The notes under the pieces: model-generated
The model's database searches: none
What the model was told of the DNA's origin: nothing
The model's input: the letters and a program-made list of their open reading frames with translations, nothing else
Program-made: the position numbers and the translations under genes
NCBI GenBank assembly: GCA_051362555.1
Contig: CM120646.1
Coordinates: 11,966,001 to 12,030,000, forward strand
Origin: Lingula anatina
Taxonomy: Eukaryota; Animalia; Brachiopoda
Length of the DNA: 64,000 nt
Reading direction: 5' to 3'
Shown: piece after piece, positions 54,860 through 64,000 of the stretch
Layout: each line of letters opens with the position of its first letter
Position numbering within the stretch: position 1 is the first letter of the stretch

Positions 54860-56051
54860 AAAAAAAAGAAAAAGAAAACCAGTATATGTACTTACTCAGT
54901 TCACACATTAGGTGTATTTTCTGTAAGAAAGGTGCAGTGCCAGAATCTGTTATTTTATCTTGGAAAAGGGAGAAGGTGGAACTTGCTCTCCCCCCCGCCT
55001 CCCCCCCACCCCCACACACACACACACGCACACCCGCGATCCGCCTATCATAGGATGAGATATACACACATCACAGGATAAGATATAGTCACGTCAAATA
55101 TTTGTTACTCCCTTTGATCGAAAACACTTAGATGGGTTGGCAACAGAATAGTTTCCCATTTAGGAGCTATTTTTATTTAATTGTGTGGTCCATTTGAAAG
55201 AGTAAATATTTGGCCAACCGCTTGATGTAACTTGACGGTCAAATGACAGGGATTGATATCACCAAGTGTTTTATTTCATTTTTTCTTTTCGGTCATTTCC
55301 TACAAAATCGATACCTTTATTGGTATACTTCATCACTTTTTTCAATACATACATTTTGTTGAGGTTACCTTTATTTATTCTATCATTTTAACTCATCTTT
55401 TCATACTTTCGCTAACTAAAATCAATTTTGGTGTTTTTTTTTCTTTGTGGGATCGCATATGAATGTGACTAGTATCCCGTTTACGAGCACCCGTAACGCA
55501 CGTTCCGTGTGTTAATGTATTGGATACATGTTAACTAGGTGCTGGTTAAACCTTGGGCCGGATGTTTTGAGCGGGACTCTTATAGTCTCGTTTAAAGATT
55601 AAATCAAATTGTTTAAAAGCTTTTTTCTTGAAAGTGCATCTGTTGTATTTCACCTGTTCATGTTAGCTACAGTTTCACCCAGAAGTGCATATATACATTC
55701 TTATTAATCTATTGAAGGTCCTTAATTCTCATGTTCTGGGTGAATTTTTCATATTATTCAAGAGTTATTAACAAATTACAAAATGAGCTCTATCGAAGTT
55801 TTTTAATGAATATATCACATTACAGTTCGAGAGGCATGACGACTATAGGGACCTTTTATTGAGGTTTATATCTATGAGAATCGTATTAACTTAGTGGATA
55901 CATCAGAATCATTGCCTTAATGTTAATCCGAATGTCCCCAGTGCGACTCGCACCGTATGCGTACTTTTGATATACACTGTAAAAGTTGGCGCCACTCTTG
56001 ATGATGGGATACAAAAACTACCATAGTCAAATTTTTCATGCAGAGCCTACG

Positions 56052-56375
56052 ATGGCAAAGGCATTCATTCTGTTCGAGCTTTTTTGTCTTTTCCTGGTCT
56101 GTTTCGCGAACACTCCCTATGGCTCAGTGTTATATACCGGGCAATTTCAACGTGGGCAAAGTAAGGACTTTGGTGTCCCTAGTAACCATATTTTCGACGT
56201 GCAACGAGTTAAGGAAGGAACAGTGAAATGTCTCTCTCTCTGCACACGCACAGGGGGGTGCGTGGCGGTGAATGTGCAGTATGACGAAAGCAGTGACGTC
56301 ATATGTGAGCTGAGTGGAACGAAGGTTGCAGAAGCCGAGTTAGTAGAGAGAACTGGATTTCAGTACTATGAAAGG
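56052..56375 (+). CDS. secreted PAN/Apple + C-type lectin protein A, exon 1 (signal peptide and PAN/Apple-like domain)
   Basis: Hydrophobic leader MAKAFILFELFCLFLVCFA. PAN-like C-x3-C (KCLSLC), GCVAVN, ICELS and terminal FQYYER. Donor AGG|gtaaga, phase 0. Confidence 0.82.
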
Positions 56376-56641
56376 GTAAGACCCAAAGAAATAAAAGATA
56401 AAACTTTATTGCAAATTAAAGGGAAGGAATTGCGTTTCCTTTTGGAATAGTCCATTGAAACTAATTCCAGCTAACATGCACAAAGTATTACATATTTTAA
56501 GTAATTAAAAGTATTCTCGGAAGTTATGAATGTGAAAATTGGAATATCATACATAAATCTTTCTCTCTTTTATCCAATTTTTGAATATAGGCCTACCACA
56601 CTAATCTTTATTCTCTTTTATTCTCTATTATTCATTATCAG

Positions 56642-56840
56642 GATGGTTATATTTCGAATCCACTATCATCATCGGAATGCCCTGCGAATTTTACCCAGGT
56701 GAACGGGACCAGCTCCTGCTACCATCTCAGCGACTTCGCGACTAATTGGACGGAAAGCCGGGCGTGGTGTCAGAGATCTGGGGCCGACCTCGTGGTCTTT
56801 GAATCAGCTGAAGAATACCAGGCTGTGAGGGCGGTTTTCG
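56642..56840 (+). CDS. lectin A exon 2 (N-terminal half of the long-form CTLD)
   Basis: ttatcag|GAT GGT ... TTC G|gtgagg; encodes ECPANFTQVNGTSSCYHLSDFATNWTESRAWCQRSGADLVVFESAEEY, the CP..F....SCY.....W..A..C...G..L pattern. Confidence 0.9.
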
Positions 56841-56928
56841 GTGAGGCATTGTGCCGGTCGTCACATCTAGCACACCGGGCCTGATAATGGCTGCGCCCTT
56901 TCTCCTGTTTGTTTAGATGAACAACTCA

Positions 56929-57250
56929 CAGGCCTACCCAACTACCAGACTCGGCACCGAATGATCCTGAATTCACCGGTAGATCAGACCACACTACCCG
57001 TTTTCAAGGTGTGAGTCAGTACTGTACGCATTACACAGTATCATACCCTGAACAAATTTTGAGTGGTGATGCAATGCTTTTCAACTCCGCTGAGAATCGT
57101 AACTATCACATCGCGTAATAGGTAAGAGCAGTGTCGTGTCTGATACTGTGAAATGCGTACTGATACACACCTTGAAAACGGGTAGTGTGGTCCGATTTAC
57201 CGGTGAATTAAGGATCATTCGGTGCCGAGTCTGGTAGTTGGGTAGGCCTG
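56929..57250. mobile_element. non-autonomous DNA transposon, ~110-bp TIRs, 6-bp TSD, in intron 2 of lectin A
   Basis: AACTCA|CAGGCCTACCCAACTACCAGACTCGGCACCGAATGATCC ... GGATCATTCGGTGCCGAGTCTGGTAGTTGGGTAGGCCTG|AACTCA. Confidence 0.9.
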
Positions 57251-57681
57251 AACTCATTACGAGAAACCATCAAGGCAATCTTTTTCTAAACATGTTCTAA
57301 TTGCCATGTTTTTGTTGCAAGGATTCAAATTGAAAGAAAAATAGAGATAAAAGAAATGGCTTTGGGCAAATACCATTACGAAGGCGAGGAACATCCCAGT
57401 TCCTTTTTATCGGATAGAAGCAATTAACAACAATGACAATATGGGTCTATTAGATATTACAACTAGAATGTTGAATTTTGCATTTATAATAAAATCGCAT
57501 ATAAATATTGAAAGACACTTGAGAATCAATTAAATAACTATGTATACATGTATATTTATATTATATATGTTATTAGAATACTTGAACCTAAAAGTACGAA
57601 TCAAACCAATATCTTAAAGGTAAGAAATGACAAACGAGAACTTGAATTAAGTTATTCTACTTTAATATCTATGAATTTCAG

Positions 57682-57899
57682 CGGTCCCGAAAGCATGGAT
57701 AGGTTTACGGGACTCTGATGGGGACAACAGCAGCTGGCGATGGGTCCGCACTGAAGAGACTCCTGTGTTCACCAACTGGAATATAGGAGAACCCAACTTT
57801 CTTAATGAGCGATGTGTAGAAATGATTATTCAAGGAACTTGGAACAATGTACTTTGTAGTAAAGAGAAGAGATTTATCTGCGAATATCCCATATTCTAA
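57682..57899 (+). CDS. lectin A exon 3 (C-terminal CTLD with WIGL, EPN, WNN); absent from the ORF track
   Basis: atttcag|CG GTC CCG AAA GCA TGG ATA GGT TTA... encodes AWIGLRDSDGDNSSWRWVRTEETPVFTNWNIGEPNFLNERCVEMIIQGTWNNVLCSKEKRFICEYPIF*. Full model is 246 aa. Confidence 0.92.
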
Positions 57900-58191
57900 T
57901 TTGGCGTTTTAAAGGCGCTTACTGCTGGTGACTGTAAATAAGAGAACGAATGATAAATCTAGTGCTTAGCTTACAAAGTAATGAAGAAACGATCCGACGA
58001 TCCGACGAACCTCAATTAAATCAGTGTATCCTCTGTTCATTTTCTTACAGCATAAAACCCCAGCTTATCTTTAAAAAGTTTAAACTTTATTAAAATATCA
58101 GATTTAAGCTGTGAGTCGTTATTTGTTCATAAAAAAAAACAGTTTTTCATGTTAAAAATATAAATTATCTTTTTAAGTGTATTTTCATGTA

Positions 58192-58552
58192 TTTTTACCT
58201 CCGCCAAAGAGGTTATGTTTTCACCCCTGTTTGTTTGTCTGTCTGTTTGTCATCAACATAACTCAAAAAGTTATGGATGAATTTCGATGGGATTTTCAGG
58301 GTAGGTCAGAAATGGGTTAACTTAGAAGTTGGACCGATTTTGATGAAATTTTCGGGAACTGTCAGAAGTGGGCCAAGGAACAGATGATTAGTTTTTGGTG
58401 GTGAGCCGGATCTATAATCAATCAATAATCAACCAATAATCAAAAATAAAAATAATAATCATTATAGAATAAAAATTTAGGGGTGAAACGGCATTGGGTG
58501 GAGACTTTGCTGCCTTGGCGGAGGTCTGCGCTCTCGGAGTGCTTTTCTAGTT
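58192..58552 (+). mobile_element. Helentron-associated (HINE/DINE-1-like) short element
   Basis: T-run plus subTIR ACCTCCGCCAA; (GTTT/GTCT)n microsatellite; matching subTIR TTGGCGGAGGT; short 3' hairpin GCGCTCTCGGAGTGC; CTAG-TT terminus. Confidence 0.8.
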
Positions 58553-59949
58553 TTAAATTATATTCTAGACTATTGTAATTGATCATGTTGTAGTGTATGT
58601 GGTATTTTCACTCATAATAAAATGCTGTTTTTTGAAAATTCGTTTCATTCTCAACAAGTTTGTAAAATTTGCATCTCGCTGTCCCGTCACTCATAACGTG
58701 TAAAAAGGAGCAAAAAAATATCGAACTTTTACTTTAAACTTAAGCTTTTGTTAATTTTTCCAGTTGGCCTACAAAAACATTGATCAATACAAGGAAACAA
58801 GACCGTTGCTGTATTGCTATAAGCTCAAGTTGATCAACTTGACAATGCCGTACTGGAAGCTCCATTGAATCGTAAAGAAATTTTGTTCGCTGTCATGCTA
58901 TACTAAGCATATCCAGTTTACAGGAAATGTATTGTAGTCATAGTTAAAACTATTGGGGATCATATTATACGGACATTATATTTGAATACTGAGAGATGTA
59001 AAAAATGTGTATTAAAAGAGCGAATAAATAAGGCTAGGAGTCGGTAACAATACTAATGCCACATAAAAGAGAAATCGTTCAAAAACAAAGAACCTGTTAA
59101 CACGAAGCAGTGTATTGTTTGAACATAGTTGACTACCAATCAAACCTGATTTTTTAAATCTTTAATCCGCCGTAAGATGGTTCACCAATCTTTGCTAAAG
59201 AGTTTGTTAAAACGCGCCATTGCAGTGACTGAAAATTACTCCAATCAGGACAAATCACTCTTATACTCTGACCAAATAAAAATGTTGGTCCCATTATCAG
59301 AGAGACAGAGAAAGAGAGTGAGAGAAAGAGAGAGAGGAATAGGCCTTCTAACCGTTGAAATATGGATTATACTTAAGTAAACGTACGTCTTACGATAGGG
59401 ATCTGATATCTTACGCCAATCTCTAAATAGAAAGCAACTTGGGTATGTTTATTTGTGCTGAAAGTTAAGATTGATAAATTTACAAACGGAATATCTTTTA
59501 TTACTGCATTAACTTTACACATATAAGTCAATTACATCTCATCATTGCAGCACTTAAGTTTCGGGAGTTTGATACCATATAAACTTTGTGCTAGGTTATC
59601 AAAATACAATATGAAAAAATAGCTGTATAGAATGGAAACATTTATTCCAAGACGATAGCCCGAGACAGTTATAACGTGCCTGCTGTTGAACATTCGTGCA
59701 CAGAGTATAATAAAAAAATACTCGGCATGACGTCCCTGATGGTTTACCTACCAGTAAATACTGGGACGTAACGTAAAAACAGAACAAAATGGGCATTGTC
59801 ATTCTGTGTGAACGATCAAATTCACACCAAATTACAGGGTGTTCCCGTCGTGCTTCTGACCACAGTATCTGTCGGGAATCCATCTTACTGCCTGATGACG
59901 CAAGTTAGTCCCTCATCCGGGCTAAACAAGTCCTTGTTTGAACACACGT

Positions 59950-60167
59950 TTAATATAACTGATATTCACAAAGGAAATTATATTGAAATTTGCACCTGGC
60001 GTCGTTCCATGTCCCTCGACTCAGGATCATAGCGCACCGTTCGCGGGTGGAGCTTGGTTCTCGTCTTTTCCACGCCGTGAACACAGGAGTGTTCTCAGTG
60101 CGGACCCACTTCCAGCCATTATTATCTCCGATAATGTCCTGCAAACCGATCCATGCGTCTATGGGAT
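59950..60167 (-). CDS. C-type lectin B, terminal exon (WIGL, EPS, WND)
   Basis: tgtttcag|AT CCC ATA GAC GCA TGG ATC GGT TTG... encodes AWIGLQDIIGDNNGWKWVRTENTPVFTAWKRREPSSTRERCAMILSRGTWNDARCKFQYNFLCEYQLY*. 218 bp, the same length as lectin A exon 3. Confidence 0.9.
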
Positions 60168-61043
60168 CTGAAACAAATATTGATTTTAAACATTTTTATC
60201 TGTGGTTGGAAAAAAAATAAGCTAAGATAACCTGTAGTTCAGCGCCAGAGTGTAATCAATTCATTTCGAATTATGACGTCATTATCTTGTGCTGCAAAGA
60301 AAATCTAATATGCAGTAAAGGAGAATAAAAGAAATGAACGAGCCGCATCAAAGTTCTTACGGATGTCGATGAAAATGGTTTCTCAGCCGAGCTTAAAAGT
60401 TTTTTATCCGTGTTGGCAGTAGGCCTGTGCAGTCAAAATTTGGTCATCTAAATAATTTTCCAGTTTACGGGAAATCTGCTTTGGAATGACATCATACCAT
60501 GGTAACGTTGTCTAGACATGGGCACAATAACGGTGACAAAATTTGGGCAATTTTCGTTATAACTTAGAACTGTCCTGTCAATGGAGGGTCCCATTGGGGG
60601 GGGGGGGTAGTGATCACAATTCAGGCGAAAAACATGTAAAATCATCAATTCACATATCACAATTAATAAATCTTTATTCATATCTCACTGATAATGCGCG
60701 TCGAATCCCTATCAATGACGAATCACCGGGTATAATGATTTTGTTTCAAGAAAGGCGAAGCATAAAAAGACGCATTCACGCGTCATGGGAATGGGGTGCT
60801 TCAAATATCACGCTAAATAAATTGAACGTTTCACACATCGAAATTAAAATTGGCTTTCCCGGGTAATGAAAAAAACCCAATGGACCCTCTCAGAACAGAC
60901 GGTAAGAATTCAGTGGCCAGATGTGTTAGGCCAGTGGATTAGGTGAGACAATCGGCATTATTTTTTCACGGCGAAATGCGCTAGGTGTGACAATTGTCGA
61001 AACTCAGAATGTGCTGGTTGTGACAGTCGTCACAATGTCTTAC

Positions 61044-61217
61044 CAAAAGCCCCTTTCGCGGTCACATACTCGTTATTCGATTCGAACACAGCAAGGTCGG
61101 CCCCAGCTCGCAGACACCACGCCCGGCTCTCTGTCCAATCGGCTTGGAAATCATTGAGAAAGTAGCAGGAGTGGGTCCCAGGCACGTACGTGAAATTCGC
61201 AGGACATTCGGCTGAAC
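61044..61217 (-). CDS. C-type lectin B, penultimate exon (N-terminal half of CTLD); upstream exon(s) not identified
   Basis: ttttcacgatcag|GT TCA GCC GAA TGT CCT ... GCT TTT G|gtaaga, phase 1-1. About 65% aa identity to lectin A exon 2 by manual count (36/55). Confidence 0.88.
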
Positions 61218-61421
61218 CTGATCGTGAAAAGACAGTGATGAGAGACCTTTGTACAGTAAGAATTGACATAGACTGGTTTGATCTTTTTAGAATGAATTCA
61301 TTAAACAGAGGATCTGATTGAGTCAAAAGATCAGTTTTACGTGAGGCGCAAGCCATTTACGCACAAAAAAAGTTATTGGGGTTTTAAGAGATTCTTTTGA
61401 AAAACTACTCTGTACATTATC

Positions 61422-61564
61422 TACCCTCTACCAGGGCGAGTGATAGATTTTTTACAGATATTCACAGATATGTCTCTAGCTAGATAGATGTTCATTTAAA
61501 CTCAACTCAGAGATATATCTGTGAATATCTGTAAAAAATCTATCACTCGCCCTGGTAGAGGGTA
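61422..61564. mobile_element. MITE with ~50-bp perfect TIRs and 9-bp TSD (Mutator-like)
   Basis: TACATTATC|TACCCTCTACCAGGGCGAGTGATAGATTTTTTACAGATATTCACAGATAT ... ATATCTGTGAATATCTGTAAAAAATCTATCACTCGCCCTGGTAGAGGGTA|TACATTATC. Confidence 0.9.
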
Positions 61565-61602
61565 TACATTATCTAACTTATAAGTGTTTTAGTGGTCACT
61601 TT

Positions 61603-61693
61603 CTGACACACACCTTGAAAACGGGTAGTGTGGTCCGATATACCGGTTAATTCAGGATCCTTAGGTGCCAAGTCTGGTAGTTGGTTAGGCCTG
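61603..61693. mobile_element. solo terminal fragment of the 56929-57250 element family
   Basis: CACACCTTGAAAACGGGTAGTGTGGTCCGAT...GTCTGGTAGTTGGTTAGGCCTG matches 57160-57250. Confidence 0.85.
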
Positions 61694-62250
61694 GTACAGC
61701 TTAAGGCCACAAAGACGAAATCAGCTGTAGAGTGAATTAATTATTTAAGTAGATTTTTAAAATACAACAATCTAAATTTAAACTTTTAAGACATGAATGA
61801 TAACTATTTATATCCTTATTTCACGGTCAACCCTGAAAGCTATTAATCATACCCGCGTTTCAAAATAACGTAAGACATCGGTAGACTAAGAATTCACATT
61901 GTCATTATTATGGCACAAAAGGAACAAAACTAAGATATTTTTTTTGACAGAAAAGGTTCTTATTTAGGGTGCTTTTGTTTAGAAATAGCATTGGATTTTA
62001 ATTGAAACAACGTACATTGAAATATGTAATCTTCCTTTATGTTGAAGAATCCGAAGTCCCAAAATCCCAAACTTCAAGCTTATTTTCTCAAAAGGGCCCT
62101 CTTTGACATTCAAGTGGAGAGAGAGAGAGAGAGAAGACTTGTTTTCTGGCGTAATGGACATTTCTGTCGACGTCGTACTTAGAATCATAAAGATCCTATA
62201 CCTTTTAGAGGCCATTTTTCACGAGTGAGCGGTTCTGTGCAACGCTCTTA

Positions 62251-62507
62251 GAGCTCATTCCAAATGAAACTATCGGTCTGCGTAGATTGATCCAACTCCA
62301 CGGGGACTCTCACTGAATACAATCAGTTTGATAATATTGACACGATTCCTCCGGGTGTTGAGTAGAACACGGAGAAGCTGGTGATAATGCAAGTGCGTTG
62401 GAAACAAAAGGAGCCATGTTCAATGGTTACACTGATTGCATTCAACGAGAGTCACTGCAAAGTTGGATCGATCTACGTAGACTGATAGTTTCAATGGGAA
62501 TGAACCC
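62251..62507. mobile_element. Harbinger-like MITE, ~47-bp TIRs
   Basis: GAGCTCATTCCAAATGAAACTATCGGTCTGCGTAGATTGATCCAACT ... AGTTGGATCGATCTACGTAGACTGATAGTTTCAATGGGAATGAACCC. Shares the subterminal TAGATCGATC motif with the 45934/48638 family; TSD not preserved. Confidence 0.7.
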
Positions 62508-62932
62508 AAATTCTTTTTTCTTTCTTTTTTTTTTTTTTTTTTTGGCAGGGGAAGTGAACTGATTACTTCATAAAGGTGTAGCAATCGTATGAGACATCAG
62601 TTCCTATTAATCAAAAACAAATTATATGGGTAGCCCGGTATATTTACAAGAGCAACAATCCTACGGATGTTCCATTTCATAATCTGAATCGTCATTTCCT
62701 TTCAATTAAGATGTCATAATTTGAAAATTGCTATTTCGGCGTTAATAAGCATTCGGTTACTAGTTTTAGACCGATTATATCAGACCAGACAAATTTGAAA
62801 AGTTGTCCATATCTAGTTATCACACTCAACGGCATGGATTTAAAGTGTGGTCATTGCCCGCTTAGCTTTCGTTAGACGAGGACTTCGAGTAGGCTAGACT
62901 AATATCTAAAGCTAACACTGGTTCATAGCAAG

Positions 62933-62986
62933 ATGAATTCATTATTGCTAACACTGGCGATGTGCTTGATTATTGGGTGTTCATGG
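62933..62986 (+). CDS. gene C (secreted or membrane Ig-like-domain protein), exon 1: signal peptide
   Basis: aagATG AAT TCA TTA TTG CTA ACA CTG GCG ATG TGC TTG ATT ATT GGG TGT TCA TGG|gtgagt = MNSLLLTLAMCLIIGCSW, phase 0. Confidence 0.75.
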
Positions 62987-62996
62987 GTGAGTAGGC

Positions 62997-63003
<7 letters not shown>

Positions 63004-63072
<69 letters not shown>
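63004..63072. repeat. (TA)n microsatellite in gene C intron 1
   Basis: Read directly. Confidence 0.95.
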
Positions 63073-63076
<4 letters not shown>

Positions 63077-63160
63077 GATGTAATATAAATAATATATGAT
63101 CAAAATAAAACCTGTTCAGTGTGTTACAGATTTTCAAAATATTTTGCTGCTTTGCCGTGA

Positions 63161-63200
<40 letters not shown>

Positions 63201-63256
63201 TTTGCACACACAAACAGAGAGAGAGAGAGAATTTAAGGTATATATGTACACCTCAG

Positions 63257-63404
63257 GCCGGAGATTTCACCCCTCTGAGGGTCCGCGTGGACAGAGCCGT
63301 GGTGGGAGACCCCTGCACTGTGACGTTAGAGTACGAGGCCTCCGCTCATCCTCTGTTTTCATTCCGAGCCACCCTTCCCAGCGAGAAACTCATATCTGCT
63401 AAAG
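63257..63404 (+). CDS. gene C exon 2
   Basis: cctcag|GCC GGA GAT ... GCT AAA G|gtacc, phase 0-1; AGDFTPLRVRVDRAVVGDPCTVTLEYEASAHPLFSFRATLPSEKLISAK. Confidence 0.72.
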
Positions 63405-63568
63405 GTACCATTAGTCTTCTTCCTTCTTCCTTTTTTCTTTTTATTTACCTGAGTTTTTGTTATATATTTTTTCATTTCCTGTTCAAAAAGGATCTTAAAT
63501 GTCTTTATTTATCTATTTATTTATTTATTTTTATTCAGTTATTTCTTTATCTGATGGCTTTTTCCTAG

Positions 63569-64000
63569 GTGCTCCCGGTATGGCGGTATCCGACAACTTC
63601 TCAAACGGCCACGGTATTCTCCAGCTCCGGATTGCAGAGGTAAAACGAGAGCAAATCACTTGGGACTCCCCCTTTCAGATTCTAGCCAAATTCCTTGACG
63701 ATAACTACTACTGGAAAATAACCTTCAAATTCCGCGGGCAGGAGGAAGAGCAGGTTCTAGAGATCCCGGACATCGATTACAATGAAAGACCACCAAAACA
63801 AATCAAGTTTCGCCTTGGAAAACCTTTTAGTTTGAAATGCGGGTTTAAAGTGAACGGAACTTTCGACTATGCTGGCGCTGTTTGGCGAAAATTCAATTCG
63901 CTTCAGTTCAGCAACGCGACCCGGGAAGAGAAAAGAAATAACCTAAACTATAGACCCGACAGAAAGGATTGGAATGGCGTTTTGCACGTCGTCAACTCAG
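63569..64000 (+). CDS. gene C exon 3 (partial, open to window end); Ig-like domain
   Basis: ttttcctag|GT GCT CCC..., phase 1, 143 codons with no stop. Includes PPKQIKFRLGKPFSLKCGFKVNGTFDYAGAVWRK, resembling Ig strands A'-B-C (G..xxLxC...W.K). N-glycosylation sequons NFS, NGT, NAT. Confidence 0.75.

Noticed and set aside
55986-56051. Upstream extension of lectin A (TTG/ATG starts before 56052)
   Set aside because: The ATG at 56052 has good context (acgATGG) and directly precedes the hydrophobic leader; earlier starts would bury the signal peptide, though they cannot be fully excluded.
61852-62215. Possible micro-exons for lectin B (ATG GCC TCT AAA AG|gtatag near 62200; 33-bp ag...gt segment near 61852-61884)
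   Set aside because: Phases do not match the strong phase-1 acceptor at 61217. The route needs a weak AAG acceptor and yields no convincing signal peptide.

Overview
This is eukaryotic, AT-rich invertebrate-type genomic DNA, not prokaryotic: it has spliceosomal GT-AG introns, microsatellites and many non-autonomous transposons. Bases 1-51.4 kb hold one large minus-strand PAR-bZIP transcription factor gene (CES-2/CG7786-like subfamily). Isoform 1 uses exons 51395-51296, 35489-35331, 34775-34623 and 1325-1012 (241 aa). Isoform 2 starts at an internal Gly/Met-rich first exon, 28147-27892, and splices to the same bZIP exon (189 aa). Both promoter regions carry PAR-bZIP/D-box-like sites. The right end holds a complete secreted PAN/Apple + C-type lectin gene (+, 56052-57899). 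It faces tail-to-tail a paralogous C-type lectin (-, 61217-59950) whose 5' exon I could not identify. Beyond that is the 5' part of a signal-peptide gene with an Ig-like domain (+, 62933 to window end), which the ORF track largely misses. Introns and intergenic DNA contain at least 12 MITEs of several TSD classes and two Helentron-associated (HINE-like) elements, one with three successive internal tandem-repeat arrays. All gene models were built by hand from splice-site phase and protein motifs. No database search was run.
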